A stretch of 64,000 nt of DNA from Azolla caroliniana (Eukaryota; Plantae; Polypodiophyta): positions 11,284,001 through 11,348,000 of the forward strand of contig JBHGNT010000022.1 of NCBI GenBank assembly GCA_043228905.1. The letters run 5' to 3'. Shown piece by piece: positions 50,265-62,900 of this stretch. Each line of letters opens with the position of its first letter. Positions within the stretch are counted from its first letter, which is position 1. Below the pieces are notes generated by a model. That model ran no database searches. It was given only the letters and a program-made list of their open reading frames with translations, and was not told where the DNA came from. The translations under genes and the position numbers were made by a program.

Positions 50265-53200
50265 CAAAACATAAACTCAATTCAAAATAACTCTAAAACT
50301 CTGTACATACAATGTGCTATAACAACACTATTTAATTATACAAAGTCCATAAAAGACTGATTGAAGTACTGACAGGTACTTCAATGCTCATACGAGCGAT
50401 TGACACTAACTACGAGACAATGATTACATAGTAGTCTAGGCTACTACTAGGTTTCCGGTTCCCGCTCGAATCCGGCTCTCCAATCCATCTCACCGATCCG
50501 GCCAGTTGTATCTGGATACCGATCCGGATCCGGTTGAGCTTGCTTACTCAACACTCCCCCTCAAGCTCAACTTGAGGTTGGATCATGATGTCCTTGTCTG
50601 TGGCAGTCGGTTCTTCTACCCGGCTCCTTTTGGCGTTGCTCCGCCTTGCTCGCGCTCCTCGTCCGGTCCGGTCCTGTTTGCCTTGACCCTTTTGGTTCTG
50701 TGCACCTCGACCTCCTCAGTCAGCTTGTCTGCTCAACAGGCCAATTTCAGCTCCTTCGTTGTTATGACTCTGACGCTTGTCGACCCATCTGTTCCTTCGT
50801 GTTGGTCTCGACTTCTGCTGCCTTCTCGTCCGGTTAGCCTTTAGTTGATCCGGCTTCTCCGAATCGGCTTTCTCCGATTCGTTCCAGCTCTTGTTCGAGT
50901 TGGTAGTTTCCAACTCGTCTTCCGTTTTTAGGCCCTTCACCACATCGGACCATGTCTGGGTCTTGGCCTTCTTCCGATCGGCTCTGTCCTTCTTGACTCT
51001 GCCACCATTGTCGCTTGCCCAACTTGTTTGGATGTGCCGACTCCTTCGGTCGACTCGGCTACCCTTTTCTGCTCATCTCCCCCCTTGGTCCTTTCTTCCT
51101 CTCTGGCTCCTTGTCTAGTGCCATCATTGGTGCCTTTGCCCGTTCCTGTTCTCCCCCTCAAGTGCGGCACATCAAGATGTTGTACACCAAGCATTTCGGT
51201 GAAGTGTTGCAACTTTTCTGATCCGAGCGGTTTGGTGAAGATGTCGGCAACCTGCTGATCTGTCTGAACATACCGAAGTTCGACTTCACCACTCAAAACC
51301 CGCTTACGCACAAAGTGATAGTGGACTTCTATGTGCTTCGTCCGAGCATGGAACACGGGGTTCTTGGTGAGCTAAATGTTGCTCATGTTGTCACAGTAGA
51401 TCAAGATCGGGGTCGATACCTCAATCCGCAGGTCTTGCAGTAGTCGTCGAAGCCAGATGGCTTCATAGGTGGCATTGGTAGCACCCCGGTATTTAGCCTC
51501 AATGCTCGATAGAGCCACCGTTGGCTGCTTTTTGCTGCTCCACACAAGAGCTGCGCTACCAAGAGAAAACATGTAACCGGAGGTGGATCGGCGATCCAAT
51601 GCATCACCAGCCCAATCGGCATCTGTGTATCTGACTAGCTCTTTAGTTATACCGTGTCAGTATAATAGTCCCCGGTCCTTCGTGCCGCTAACATACCAAA
51701 GTATCTGGTGTGCGCACTGAAGGTGCTCGACGGTCGGCTTTTGCATGAACTGGTTGATCACTCCAACTGGATAATTGATGTCGGGTCGGGTGATTGTCAA
51801 GTATATCAGGCTTCTGACTATTTGTCAAAACCGTTTCTCATCGCAGGCCGGTTCGGAGTTGAGACAGAGCTTTTGGTTCCGATCTAGGGGTGTGGAGATC
51901 GGTCGGCATTCCTTCATGTTGAACTTGTACATCATATTCAACACATAATGGCGTTGCAAGAGCAATATGCCGTCGGGGGTTCGGATCACCTCAATCCCAA
52001 GAAAATAATGAAGGTCCCCCAGGTCCTTCATCTGAAATGCGTTCGACAACTGGGACTTCACTCGGCCAATTTCATTGAGTCCGGGTTCGGTGATGACTAA
52101 ATCATCTACATAAAGTAAGATGCAAACCGAACCATCCGGACCTTGTTGGATGAACAACAATGAGTCGGATTTAGAGGTCACAAACCCCATCTTACGCAAC
52201 CGGTGCGTGATCTTCGCATTCCAAGCTCGGGGGGCTTGTTTTAGACAGTAAAGTGACTTCTTAAGCCGGCACACTGCCGACTTGTTCATCTCCGACTGAA
52301 AATCGGGAAGTTGGATCATATAGACCCGTTCTTGAAGGTCGCCTTGAAGAAATGTATTCTTCATGTCCATCTAGTGAAGATGTCACCCCCTTGCCGCAGC
52401 AACCACCAATACCACACGAATTGTCGTCATCTTCGCTACCGGAGCGAAGATCTCGTCGTAGTCGATTTTGTGGGTCAGTGCATATCCCTTCGTCACTAAC
52501 CGGGCCTTGTACCGGTTAACCGAACCGTCGGTTTACAATGTCGGGGAGGGTCAACGAGGTCCCATGTGTCGTTGGCATCGAGTGCCCACATTTCTTCTTC
52601 CATAGCGGCACACCAATTTGCGTCCTTTGCCGCTTCTGCATAGCTCTCTGGCTCACACACTTCCGCCACTTTGGTCATCTATACATAATGATGCACCATG
52701 TACTCATTGTACCCGTACCGCGTAACGGGGTTCTTCTGGCAAGAAGACTGGCGTAACTTGTCATCACCCGATTTGGGGCCCTTCTTGGCCGGTTCAGACT
52801 TCGTTCCCGAAGATCCGCCTTCATCCTTGCCAGAGTCGTATTCGCTCCAATCCGACTCAACATTATCGGTTTCGTATTCCGACATCTTCTTCTTCCCCTT
52901 CTCTTTGCGTGTGAACCGTCTCCTTGAAGGTTTCGGAAACATTCGAAGACTTCTCTCTTCCTCCCAATGAGGTAGATCCATGTGTGTCGGTCGTAGTCGT
53001 CGATGAAGGAGACGAAATACTGACTCCCGCCAAGACTAACGTTCTGTGTCGGTCCCCATACATCCGAATGTATTAGATCGAGCTTGTTACGGCTCCGGTT
53101 TCGTTCGATGGGGAATGGAAGCAGGTGTTGCTTCCCGAGTTGGCAGGCTTCACAAACTTGGGCCTTCCGGCCACTGAATTTTGGCAAACCGAACACAACC

Positions 53201-53476
53201 TATTTCGATTACAAGTCTTGAAACCTCCGGTAATTGACGTGGTCGATCCGCTAATGCGAGAGATCGATGTCTGAGTCAATCTTCTGTACTTTGGCAAACA
53301 TGGCGGTGCCAACGTCATTAATGTTGAGGATGAACATCCTCCCTTCTTTGTGCCCTTGCACGATTATCCAGCCTTCTTCCTCGATGAAGCACCCGAGGTG
53401 CGTAAACCTATTCAACCGATCCGGATCCGGTTGAGCTTGCTCGTTCAACACTCCACTTGAGTGGATATGCCAAACA
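49013..53476. mobile_element. Solo LTR (~1.1 kb after removing the nested Copia)
   Basis: TG (49013)...CA (53476) ends. The sequence rejoins across the ctcca TSD. It contains a palindrome array cacccgatcgggtg. Confidence 0.65.
50117..53450 (-). mobile_element. Internally deleted Ty1/Copia element nested in the solo LTR
   Basis: TSD ctcca (50112-50116 and 53451-53455); 3' LTR 50117-50553; PPT 50554-50565; only ~35 bp of the 5' LTR remain (53416-53450). Contains GAG-pre-integrase CEACQLGK, HSDVWGP, RT YVDDL and RNase H KHIEVHYHF. Confidence 0.9.
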
Positions 53477-53743
53477 GGAACTGAGAGAAGATGTCGGATT
53501 GAAGCTTGACAGGGATGACGATTGGGCAAAAGAAGAAGAAGAAGATCCGTCGATGCAACAGTAGAAACAACAGGAAACAGGGGAAGCAGTGGGGACTTTT
53601 TTCCTCCCTTTTCAACCGTCTAATCTATCGCCCATCATCAACGGTTCAGATTTATTATGATGGTTTCCTTCACTTCTTTCTTTCTTTCTTCTCTTTTTTG
53701 TTTGTGTCTGGAGTCAAAGTGATGCTCCTGCTGCTCCTTTTCT
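53477..53743. repeat. Distal, CpG-decayed copy of the Derlin-1 5' region
   Basis: Aligns to 48718-49012 with mostly C>T and G>A changes plus short deletions. Confidence 0.9.
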
Positions 53744-54500
53744 TGACCACCCACTCATTCATTTATCATCTGAGATCAATATGACCTGAGATTGATTGAT
53801 AGATTATATTATCGTCTTCGGAGGTCAAATGTGACTTATAGAGAAAGAAAGAAAGATATATTAACGTCTTCTAAGGCCAACTTTGGCGCATGAGACAATT
53901 GGTGACCTAGAGAGAATGAGAGAATGCATGGCATTTTGCGGAGTTGTGTGGAAGTATTCTCGAAGTGATATATTTGTGCCATCGAGGATCTGAAACCCAT
54001 GGACCATTGTACTATGTTTTCTGCCTCTTTCTAAAATCTCCTTTATAGGATGTATATCATGAATATGTTGGTATACACTTAGAGGGAGCAACAATATAAA
54101 TATCCACACATTTGGATTTCAAAGTTGTTGCTTAGTATTATGTTGGTTTTGATAAGCACTTTGGGTACAAAGTACAGAGATTTGGTTCAGACACGAAGAC
54201 GTCACGCTCCTTTAGATAACTATGGCGAAATGAGCACACATGGTTTTGTGCTTTCTGATATCATAATTTTGTACCTTATTGTAATAGTAGATTTGTATAT
54301 TTAGTGTATTTTCTTGGCTACCAACCATACGTTGTAAGAGAACATTTTGTACAAGGCGGCATTTTGTATATGGGTTATACATATGAATGAAAACATTCAT
54401 TTTGTATATGGCACATTTTTTACAAGTCACTATTTTGTATATCTATTATACATACAAATGAAAACAACCATTTTGAAAGTGTAGGTTAAAATTGTTAGTT

Positions 54501-54971
54501 TTTATTTTTATTTTTAATAAAAGATATCCTGTCATTAGTATAAACAATTACAAGATTTTAAACCTCTATGTGATTGGCGGGGGAAACAACCATTTTGGCG
54601 GCTGAAAATGCCAATAAGGAGTGTGTTGTAGTTGGATGTCATGAATGGAGTAGTTGTCCAGATTATAAGAAACTCACTCCGTTGAGCAATTTTAACCTCA
54701 AAGTCTCCAACTATACCATCCCGTTGACCCTTCAAAGTATGAACTATGTCTAACCAAATGTTCGAAACCACTTCAACTGGTGGTGTTTTAAGTTGATGGA
54801 AAACGAGAGAACACTGAGCCTTCCAAATGTGATATACAATGGTACTACTCAATATCTCCCATACTGGCTGGACTTCCTTCCTTACTCCTGAAAACTGTAA
54901 TGATAGCAGTGGTAATGTATGAACACTTCCATATTTGGTGTAAAATCCATGGTCCATAGATTCATTGTCAC
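54501..54971 (-). mobile_element. 5'-truncated copy of the same L1 family
   Basis: Reverse complement of 13256-13700 (ESMDHGFYTK...WEILSST.VYHIWKA), a degenerate poly(A) tail and an 18-bp TSD aggttaaaattgttagtt (54483-54500 and 54972-54989). Confidence 0.93.
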
Positions 54972-55723
54972 AGGTTAAAATTGTTAGTTGCCAAATTGGG
55001 TGCGCAATGTTGATGATCATGTTCAAACTTATAATATAAGGCCAAATTCTATACATAATATGGAGATCACACTCATTTTGAAAGTCAGTATTAATTTTTT
55101 GTCGTTTCATCGGGTGTGCAATGTTGGTTATCACTATTTGGAAACTTATAGTGTAATATCAATTTGTATGTGTAATGTGGAGATCACAATCATTTTGAAA
55201 GTATATATTGATTGTTAGCTGTGTCAAATTGGATGTGCAATGTTGGTGATTATGTTGAAGCTTATAGTGTAGTGTCAATTGATTTGCATAATATGAAGAT
55301 CCTTAGGGTTTTGGCCTTGGTACTTAGGACATTTTGTGGCGCCTACCATTGTGTAATTTGAAGTTGTTAAGTTAAAAGTTGTGTAATCGGAAGTCTTTTG
55401 GGTTTTTTGTGGAAATTTGGTGTAAGATTTTGATGTCATTTTTTTACACTTAGAAAAATTTGATGTCTGAATTTGAGTCAGGCGCCCCCAATAAGATAGT
55501 AGGGTGGGTGCATGATGATAGAGGTGGTCAAAGTCAAGAGTCTGATGACAGAGGCAGTTAGATAGTTGCTTTTTGGATGAGGCATTTTTGTTTTTCTCAT
55601 AGATATCAGACGATGCCGATTGCACGCACCCTCAGCTAAGCACCTTGCAGTGTCCATGGCCGTGATTCCCTCACTAGGAAAGCATATTTATGATTTGGTA
55701 GCAGATAGACACAAGCATACATA

Positions 55724-55974
55724 CATAAGTACGTAATATACTTGAATGCATTGGCAAAACATTCTCTTTCCATATGATTGCAAACGAATGCGTATGTTAT
55801 CAAAACATTCATATGTTTTTAAAAATATTTTTTAGCTTAGAAAAAACTTTGCCAAATAAATAATGAATACAAAAGTATGGTATTTACCATACTTGGAGGG
55901 TGTTTACCATGCTCGAACGATTGAAAACATTCTTGAATGCGAGTGCACGTATGGTTCGTATGGTTCATACTATG
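55724..55974 (-). mobile_element. Second copy of the catagta-ended MITE
   Basis: Reverse-complement similarity to 22339-22591 (cgtatggttcatactatg end). Confidence 0.55.
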
Positions 55975-56009
55975 ATTCCATACATACATACCATCCCATA
56001 CATTATAGT

Positions 56010-56040
<31 letters not shown>

Positions 56041-56128
56041 TGCATGCATTCATACCATACCATACCATACCATACATTACATACATACATGCATACATAC
56101 CATACCATCCCATACATAACATTACATT

Positions 56129-58697
56129 GCTCATGTCTATTCTGCATCAAATCATAAAGAGGATTGGCGAGGGAATCGCGGCCACAGACAGTGCACGTCG
56201 CTCAGAGGAAGGCGCGTGCGATCTGCACCGTCAGATTTCGACAAGGAAGAACGCGCGAAAAAAACCTTGTCAGAGGTCGCCCAACTTTGACCGTTGCAAG
56301 TCGCCCAACCTTTGTAGGTCACCCAACCCTGACCTTTGCAAGTCGCCCAACCGTGTGGTCGCCCAACCAAATGTATCATTTTGACCAAAATCTTCAAATA
56401 AGCTTGATCATTACCCTTAAAACTTACAATAACATATCAAACAGTAACAAAATCCAACCTTAAATTATTCAAAATCGACGATCTTCACCATACTTAACAT
56501 AAAACAAATAATCATCTTAAAAGTTAAAAGTTAAAAAACATAAAAAACATAAAACTTAAAACAGAGATCAACTTATAACATACTTGAAACATAAATCTAC
56601 ATATGACATATTTGAAACATAAAACTTAAAACATAAATCAACATATGGCATACTTGAAAAATAAATCACCATATGACATCCTTTGAACGTAAATCCACTT
56701 TAAACATCGTAAACCCAAATCAACATGTGACATACTTGAAACAGGAAACTTAAAACATAAATCAACATATGACATACTCCCAAATGCATTAGTCTGCAAA
56801 ACCACTCAAGCTATGTTTATGGCTCATCCGGAGATGATGGCAAGATGCGGCCACAATTCTTGCAACAATCAACATTTGAGTCCCTTAATCTAAAGGTCAA
56901 GGCATCACAATGCAAGCATAGAATCTTCTCTGTCGCAGATATTGGCAACCGCCTCCTAGCTCGACTTGCGCCTCTTTGTATTTTTCCAGTGTGTGCCTTG
57001 GAAGTGTTTGGGGAGCTGCCAATAAGATATTGTGAAATGTTGACTGCTGCTCCCCTTTTTGCACCAATTGCTTGCTTACGCCTTACGGATCCACGGTCTT
57101 CTTCATTGGTTGGTTTCGGTGCACCTGCGTGATACACCACCGTCTGACTCATTTCTTCAATGGACTCCATACATGCCAAAATTGTTGCACGGTTGAGGGA
57201 TCGTAACCCTTGCCTAAGACATTGAATAGCCCCCTCAGCCGTTTGTAATTTTGACTCCCATCCCTCCATTGTGATGTTATAGGTTTTGTCTCCTCGACCA
57301 GTTCTACCTTTGTCTCCACTTCCGTCTCTGTGAAATGGTCATTGCGCATATGGGTTGCATGATCTATAAAAGGCAATGACCCACAGATGTGGCATGTGCC
57401 TCTCAATAATCATCCTGATGCTGAGTATATGCTGGTTTAAAAAATCAAATCAATTGGAGATCACAACTTCAAGTTGGTTTAAAACCACAAATCAACTAAA
57501 TTAGATCACAACTTGAGATTGGTTTAAAACAACAAATCAACTTGAGATAAACACTTGTTGTAAACAACTTTTCCATTAATAAGTACTCACGATATACAAT
57601 GAGTCGATTCTCGCTATACAAAATTTGTGTGGATTCCAAAATATAGTTACAACATCAGCTCTATAACAAAATCTGTGTTGAAAACAACAAACACAAAATT
57701 TACAATATGGAGCCACCGGTTGCAAGTGCAAATCCTAGTACCCTTCATGCCCACTCGTCCACATGAATCCGAAGTGAATCCACTTCGCGTTTGGTGAACC
57801 ACATCTTTGTGCCCTATCACAAAAAATGCATAAGAACACACACCTATCATTATCTTAATGCTTGTGGTAGAATGATTAGGTTAGTTGGTGTGGTGGAATG
57901 AGACTATGCTGAAGTTCAACAAATGTATCTAGGTTTTCTTGTGTGGATCAGACATGGTAAGCAATGATCTCCATGATTTAGTGATGGTACGGCCCATGTA
58001 CCGTATGACCCTAATCCCTAATCCCTCACTTCCAAATCTCCGAATATGTTATATCCTACTTATCATGTTGCAATAATTAGATGCCCTCTATGTAGTCTAA
58101 TCCTTCCTTTTATGTAGTAAAATCCCAATCCCTCAACAAGAAAAAAAATCGCTCAACTATTCCAAACCCTAATCCCTCAACTATTCCTACCACATGTAAA
58201 AAAAATCAGATAAAGTGATGTAATAGGGTTTGGTACATACATAGGAATAGTGATGGAGGAGATTGATTGCCACTTATGTCGATTGCAGGCCGCCTGACGA
58301 TAATTTTCTTTCCCGGCAAAAAAACCCTGTCAATCTCGTTTGAAAAAATGAGAGATAATGGCATGTTTTAGGCTTTTATAGTCGTCGGTTGGGCGACTTG
58401 CATCTTATATTGAGTTGGTTGGGCGACCAACTCAATATAAACTTACCTACGGTTGGGCGACCTGCTTAAACCAGTCACCCAACTGTTTTAAAAATATACG
58501 GTTGGGTGACCAACTTAATATAAACTTACCTGTGGTTGGGTGACCTCTGCAGAAATATTTTTTTTTTCGTGCGTTCTTCCTTATCGAAATCTGACGGTGC
58601 AGATCGCACGCGCCTTCCTCGGAGCGACCTGCACCGTCTGTGGCTACGATTCCCTCACCGGCCCTCTTTATGATTTGATGCAGAATAAACACGTCGC
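56129..58697. mobile_element. Long-TIR DNA transposon derivative (Mutator-like?) with Zn-finger coding remnants
   Basis: ~155-bp inverted repeats at 56132-56286 and 58536-58693; many subterminal gtcgcccaacc repeats, inverted at the two ends; minus-strand ORF pieces at 56817-57406. Confidence 0.75.
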
Positions 58698-59035
58698 ATA
58701 CATACCATACCATACCATCCCATACATTACATACATACCATCACATTCCATACACACATACATGCATGCACACCTACCATCCCATACATCCCATACATAC
58801 CATCACATCCCATACACACACACATACATGCATGCACACATCCCATCCCATCCCATACATACATAGACCTACATAGACATACATACATTACATACATACC
58901 ACCCCACACATACATGCATACACATCCCATCCCATCCCATCCCATCCCATACATACATTATATACATACATGCATGCATACATAGCATTCCATCCCATAC
59001 ATATATAGACATACATACATTACATACATCACATG
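58698..59035. repeat. CATA/CATAC/CATCC compound microsatellite (left part at 55975-56128)
   Basis: Same orientation on both sides of the TIR element. Confidence 0.9.
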
Positions 59036-59141
59036 CCGGAAGCTTTTACCTTTGATTATGTATTTCTTTTGAGTTTTTACATTTCAAACCCTCTCTCTCT
59101 CTCTCTCTGTGTTTCTGTTTCTGTGTGTTTTGTTTTGGGTC

Positions 59142-59149
59142 ATTCCCGC
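59142..59149 (+). promoter_or_regulatory. Candidate E2F site upstream of cyclin A
   Basis: ATTCCCGC fits the plant E2F consensus WTTSSCSS. The motif is short and could occur by chance. Confidence 0.35.
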
Positions 59150-59217
59150 CTCACCAAATCCTTCTTTTTGTGTTATAAAAATTGAACTGAATCTCCTCGT
59201 CTATCTCACTCTCAGTG

Positions 59218-59256
<39 letters not shown>

Positions 59257-59646
59257 CTGTGTTTGTCTGTCTGCTTCTTGTTTACAGATTACAGTGATAT
59301 ATATATAAGTCTGTGTGTGTTCTTCAAAAGGAAGTTATACACTTATCTTCTTCTTCTTTGGGTAAGCTGTTTTATACATTTAATTCTTGGTTCTGTTCTC
59401 CATATTTGGATTAGGGTTTCTTCTTCTTCTTCTTCTTCTTCTTTTCGTCCTCTGTTTAACAATCACTTCCTTAGGCACCGATCGCATTGAATTTAAAATC
59501 TTGTAAAAATGGTTACACTAATGAAAGGATATCTTCTTTACAAAAGAAGAAGAAGATAACAATCACTTCCTTAGGGCATCAGAACATATCCTCTTGTCTG
59601 TTTAATCAGGTCGTGATCAAAATCGAAAATTTCTCTTTTTCATTTC

Positions 59647-59692
<46 letters not shown>

Positions 59693-59911
59693 TGCATTAC
59701 ACATGTATACATTCAGACACCCGCATTTGCATACAGAAAATTTAAGGCGCAAAAGAATTGTATGATTTGATTGCTACTTTTGAACACACTATTGGGGAAT
59801 CACCATTTCATTCAAACATTGGTTTTGGTTTGTGATTAGTTCTTGGCATTCTTCCATTGGATCCAACTCCATTTGTTTGCACCCCTCTAATCAACAATTG
59901 TAAGCAAATCA

Positions 59912-62900
59912 ATGGCAAGAGAGAACCCGACATCTGGATCTGCATCTACAAAGACAAAAGAAGAAGAACCGATGGGTCTGCTATCATCTGCAAATCCATG
60001 GAGCATTGATACGGGTGTTAACAATAGGATCAGGTGGCCCTCGGCTCAGTCTAAGAGAGTAGCCGCCAGTAATGATAGACTCCCATCTATGGTTCCACAT
60101 CAACACCCGAAGAAAAGGGCGGCCTTGACAAATCTCACGAATCAAAGAGGTTTGGAGACCACAACAACAATGGTTAATGCAAGTGTACTCGCCACAGAAA
60201 CATCTAAACAACCACATGTAATATATGTATTTTCTGTTTTTTTGTGTGTGTGTCTCATTTGCTCATCTTATTAGTGTGGTAATCATCATTTCATGTCAGA
60301 TTATGCGTTATGGGATCTTGTATATATGACTGTCTTATACCTATTCTTGTTTTTATTTGTGTCTCATCTGCTCATCTTATTAGTGTGGTAATCATCAATT
60401 CATGTCAGCTTATGCGTTATGGGATCTCGTATCTATGCTTATCACATTTATTTTGCATCTATGTTTATCTTATATCAATTATTGTTTTTTTTTTGTGTCG
60501 CATTTGCTCATCTTATTAGTGTGGTAATCATCATTTCATGTCAGCTTATGCGTTATGGGATCTTCTATTCCAATGTAGGTGTTGGGTATTAGAAGCAGTA
60601 AAGGTTCAAGCAATGAGTTGAAGCATGCCATTGTCGTCAAAGTGTCAGATGGAGTGAGTGGTGGAACACAATCTTTTGAAGGGGTGGTGTCACAACAGTT
60701 TTTGTCTATTCAGAGAGATGAGAATTTGCGTCCAATGAACGATGAACTCAACAATAGCAAGAGTAGTAACGATCTCGAATCCCTTGTAAATGATGTGAAT
60801 GCGGTGGCGATTGGTGGTTTAGAGCTTGAATCAAAGAATAACCTGACCATTTCTGATGGTTCTGGAGCTTTTATACCACAAGGTATAGAATCAAATGGGG
60901 TTGTTTTTTCTCGTGATTTGGGTGTTTGGGGCACATAATTTGATTTTCTATTCAATTGGTGTATGTCCCCCCCACATTCCATTCATAATAGTGGTATGGT
61001 AAGTTGTTATCTAATAAGAAACATCAAGGTATAGAATCAAATGGGGTTGTTTTTACTCAAACTTTAGGGTTTGGGGCACATAATTTGATATTTTCTATTC
61101 AATTGGTGTGTCCCCCCCACATCCCATTCATAATAGTGATATGATATGTTGTTATGTAAGAAGAAACATCAAGGTATAGAATCAAATGGGGTTGTTTTTA
61201 CTTGTGAATTAGGCTTATGCCCCCCCACATTCCATTCATAATAGTGGTATGGTATGTTGTAAGAAGAAACATCAAGGTATAGAATCAAATGGGGTTGTTT
61301 TTACTTGCGAAAATCAAATGGAACTCATAATTTGATTTTCTATTCAATTGGTGTATCCCCCCCCTCCCCCCCCTCCGTTCCATTCATAATAGTGGTATGG
61401 TATGTTGTTATGTAAGAAGAAACATCGATGAAGAATGGGAGCTTCAACCATAATGGAACTGAAGACCAGATGTGTGTGGATGTCGGGAATGATGGAGTCT
61501 GCAGTACGACAGGAATCTATCACTTCCTCCGTTTTTCTGAGGTGATAACTACATTTGAAAATTGGGATTGCTCAAAAATTTATACATCACTTGCTTTGTT
61601 TTTCCAAAATGTTATGTGTTTGTGTGTATACATATAAATAATAGCATGTGTGGATGTCTTTTCCTTCCAATTCTTTTTTCTCTAGGTGTTCAGAGGCTTG
61701 GCAGAAGCCTCCTATTCCATCTTGTCTACCACGAACCCTAACCCTTAACTGATTATGCCTGAGCACTATACATGGACTAGCATGCATGCGCATACATCTG
61801 GTTATGTATAGACTTAAAGCCTCAATGCCCCCACTCCCACCCTTATTCAAACCTCTCGGAGAGCACACAATTAAGTGGAAAAAGAGACATATTGCCTGCT
61901 CTATCACACCTCTATGTGGAACTGCAACATAATGCCCGGTCTTCTTGAATGTATTTACAGGTGAAATGGAGACCGAGGACGGATTACATGGAGACAATCC
62001 AGCATCACATCAATGCGAACATGCGTGGGATCTTGGTGGATTGGCTTGTGGAGGTGGCCGAGGAGTACAAGCTTGTCCCTGATTCGCTCTACCTCACGGT
62101 TGCCTACCTCGATCGCTTCCTCTCTCTGTGCTCCCCCGTGAAGAAACATCAGCTACAACTAGTTGGAGTTGCATGCATGATCGTTGCTTCGTATGTGTTT
62201 TTCAGTCTCTAAACCCTAAACCCTAAACCCTGTCTAAACCTTAAACCCTGTATTAACCCCAACCTTAAAAAACCTCTTTTATTGATTTTTTGTGACCTCA
62301 ATTTGATCTGTTATTATGATTAATCTAATCTATTGTTTTTGTGATTTATCTAGCAAGTATGAGGAGATCTGTGCCCCGCAACTAGAAGAGTTTTGCTACA
62401 TCACTGACAATACCTACAACATAGATGAGGTTGGTACATAAAAACATATCGTTTTGCTGGGAAAAATGGCCTTAATAGGGATCAAAGGAAAGAAAGAACA
62501 AATACTATGTGTTTTTTTTTTATGTGTTGCATATATTTGTAGGTTTTGGATATGGAGAAGCAAGTCCTTCATCACCTTGATTTCAACCTTGCTGGCCCGA
62601 CCCCGAAAACATTTCTTCGGTAAAAGAGATTGTTTAATAACACTTGTTACTTTCATTTCTTCTTTTCTTCTTGTTTCTTGTTTCTTTATTTATGCAATGT
62701 CCGAACAAGAATATGACTTCGGAATTGTTGGAATAAATGGCCAGGCGATTCATTCGAGCTGTCCAAGCCTCGAAGAAGGTATTTTAATTTGTAATTACAG
62801 ATCTATATTCTTACTTGGGATGTGTTTTGGTCATATTGCTGATTTTAAATATCTTCTTTTAACCCCAAATGCAGAGCTCTACGCTTTGCATGGAGTTTCT

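Noticed and set aside
57647-57850. SWIM zinc finger (ICTCNRWLH) proving Mutator identity
   Set aside because: The third Cys is absent and other frames look equally protein-like.
62210-62260. Interstitial telomere in a cyclin intron
   Set aside because: Only about three perfect CCCTAAA units, which are common telo-box-type sequence in plants.
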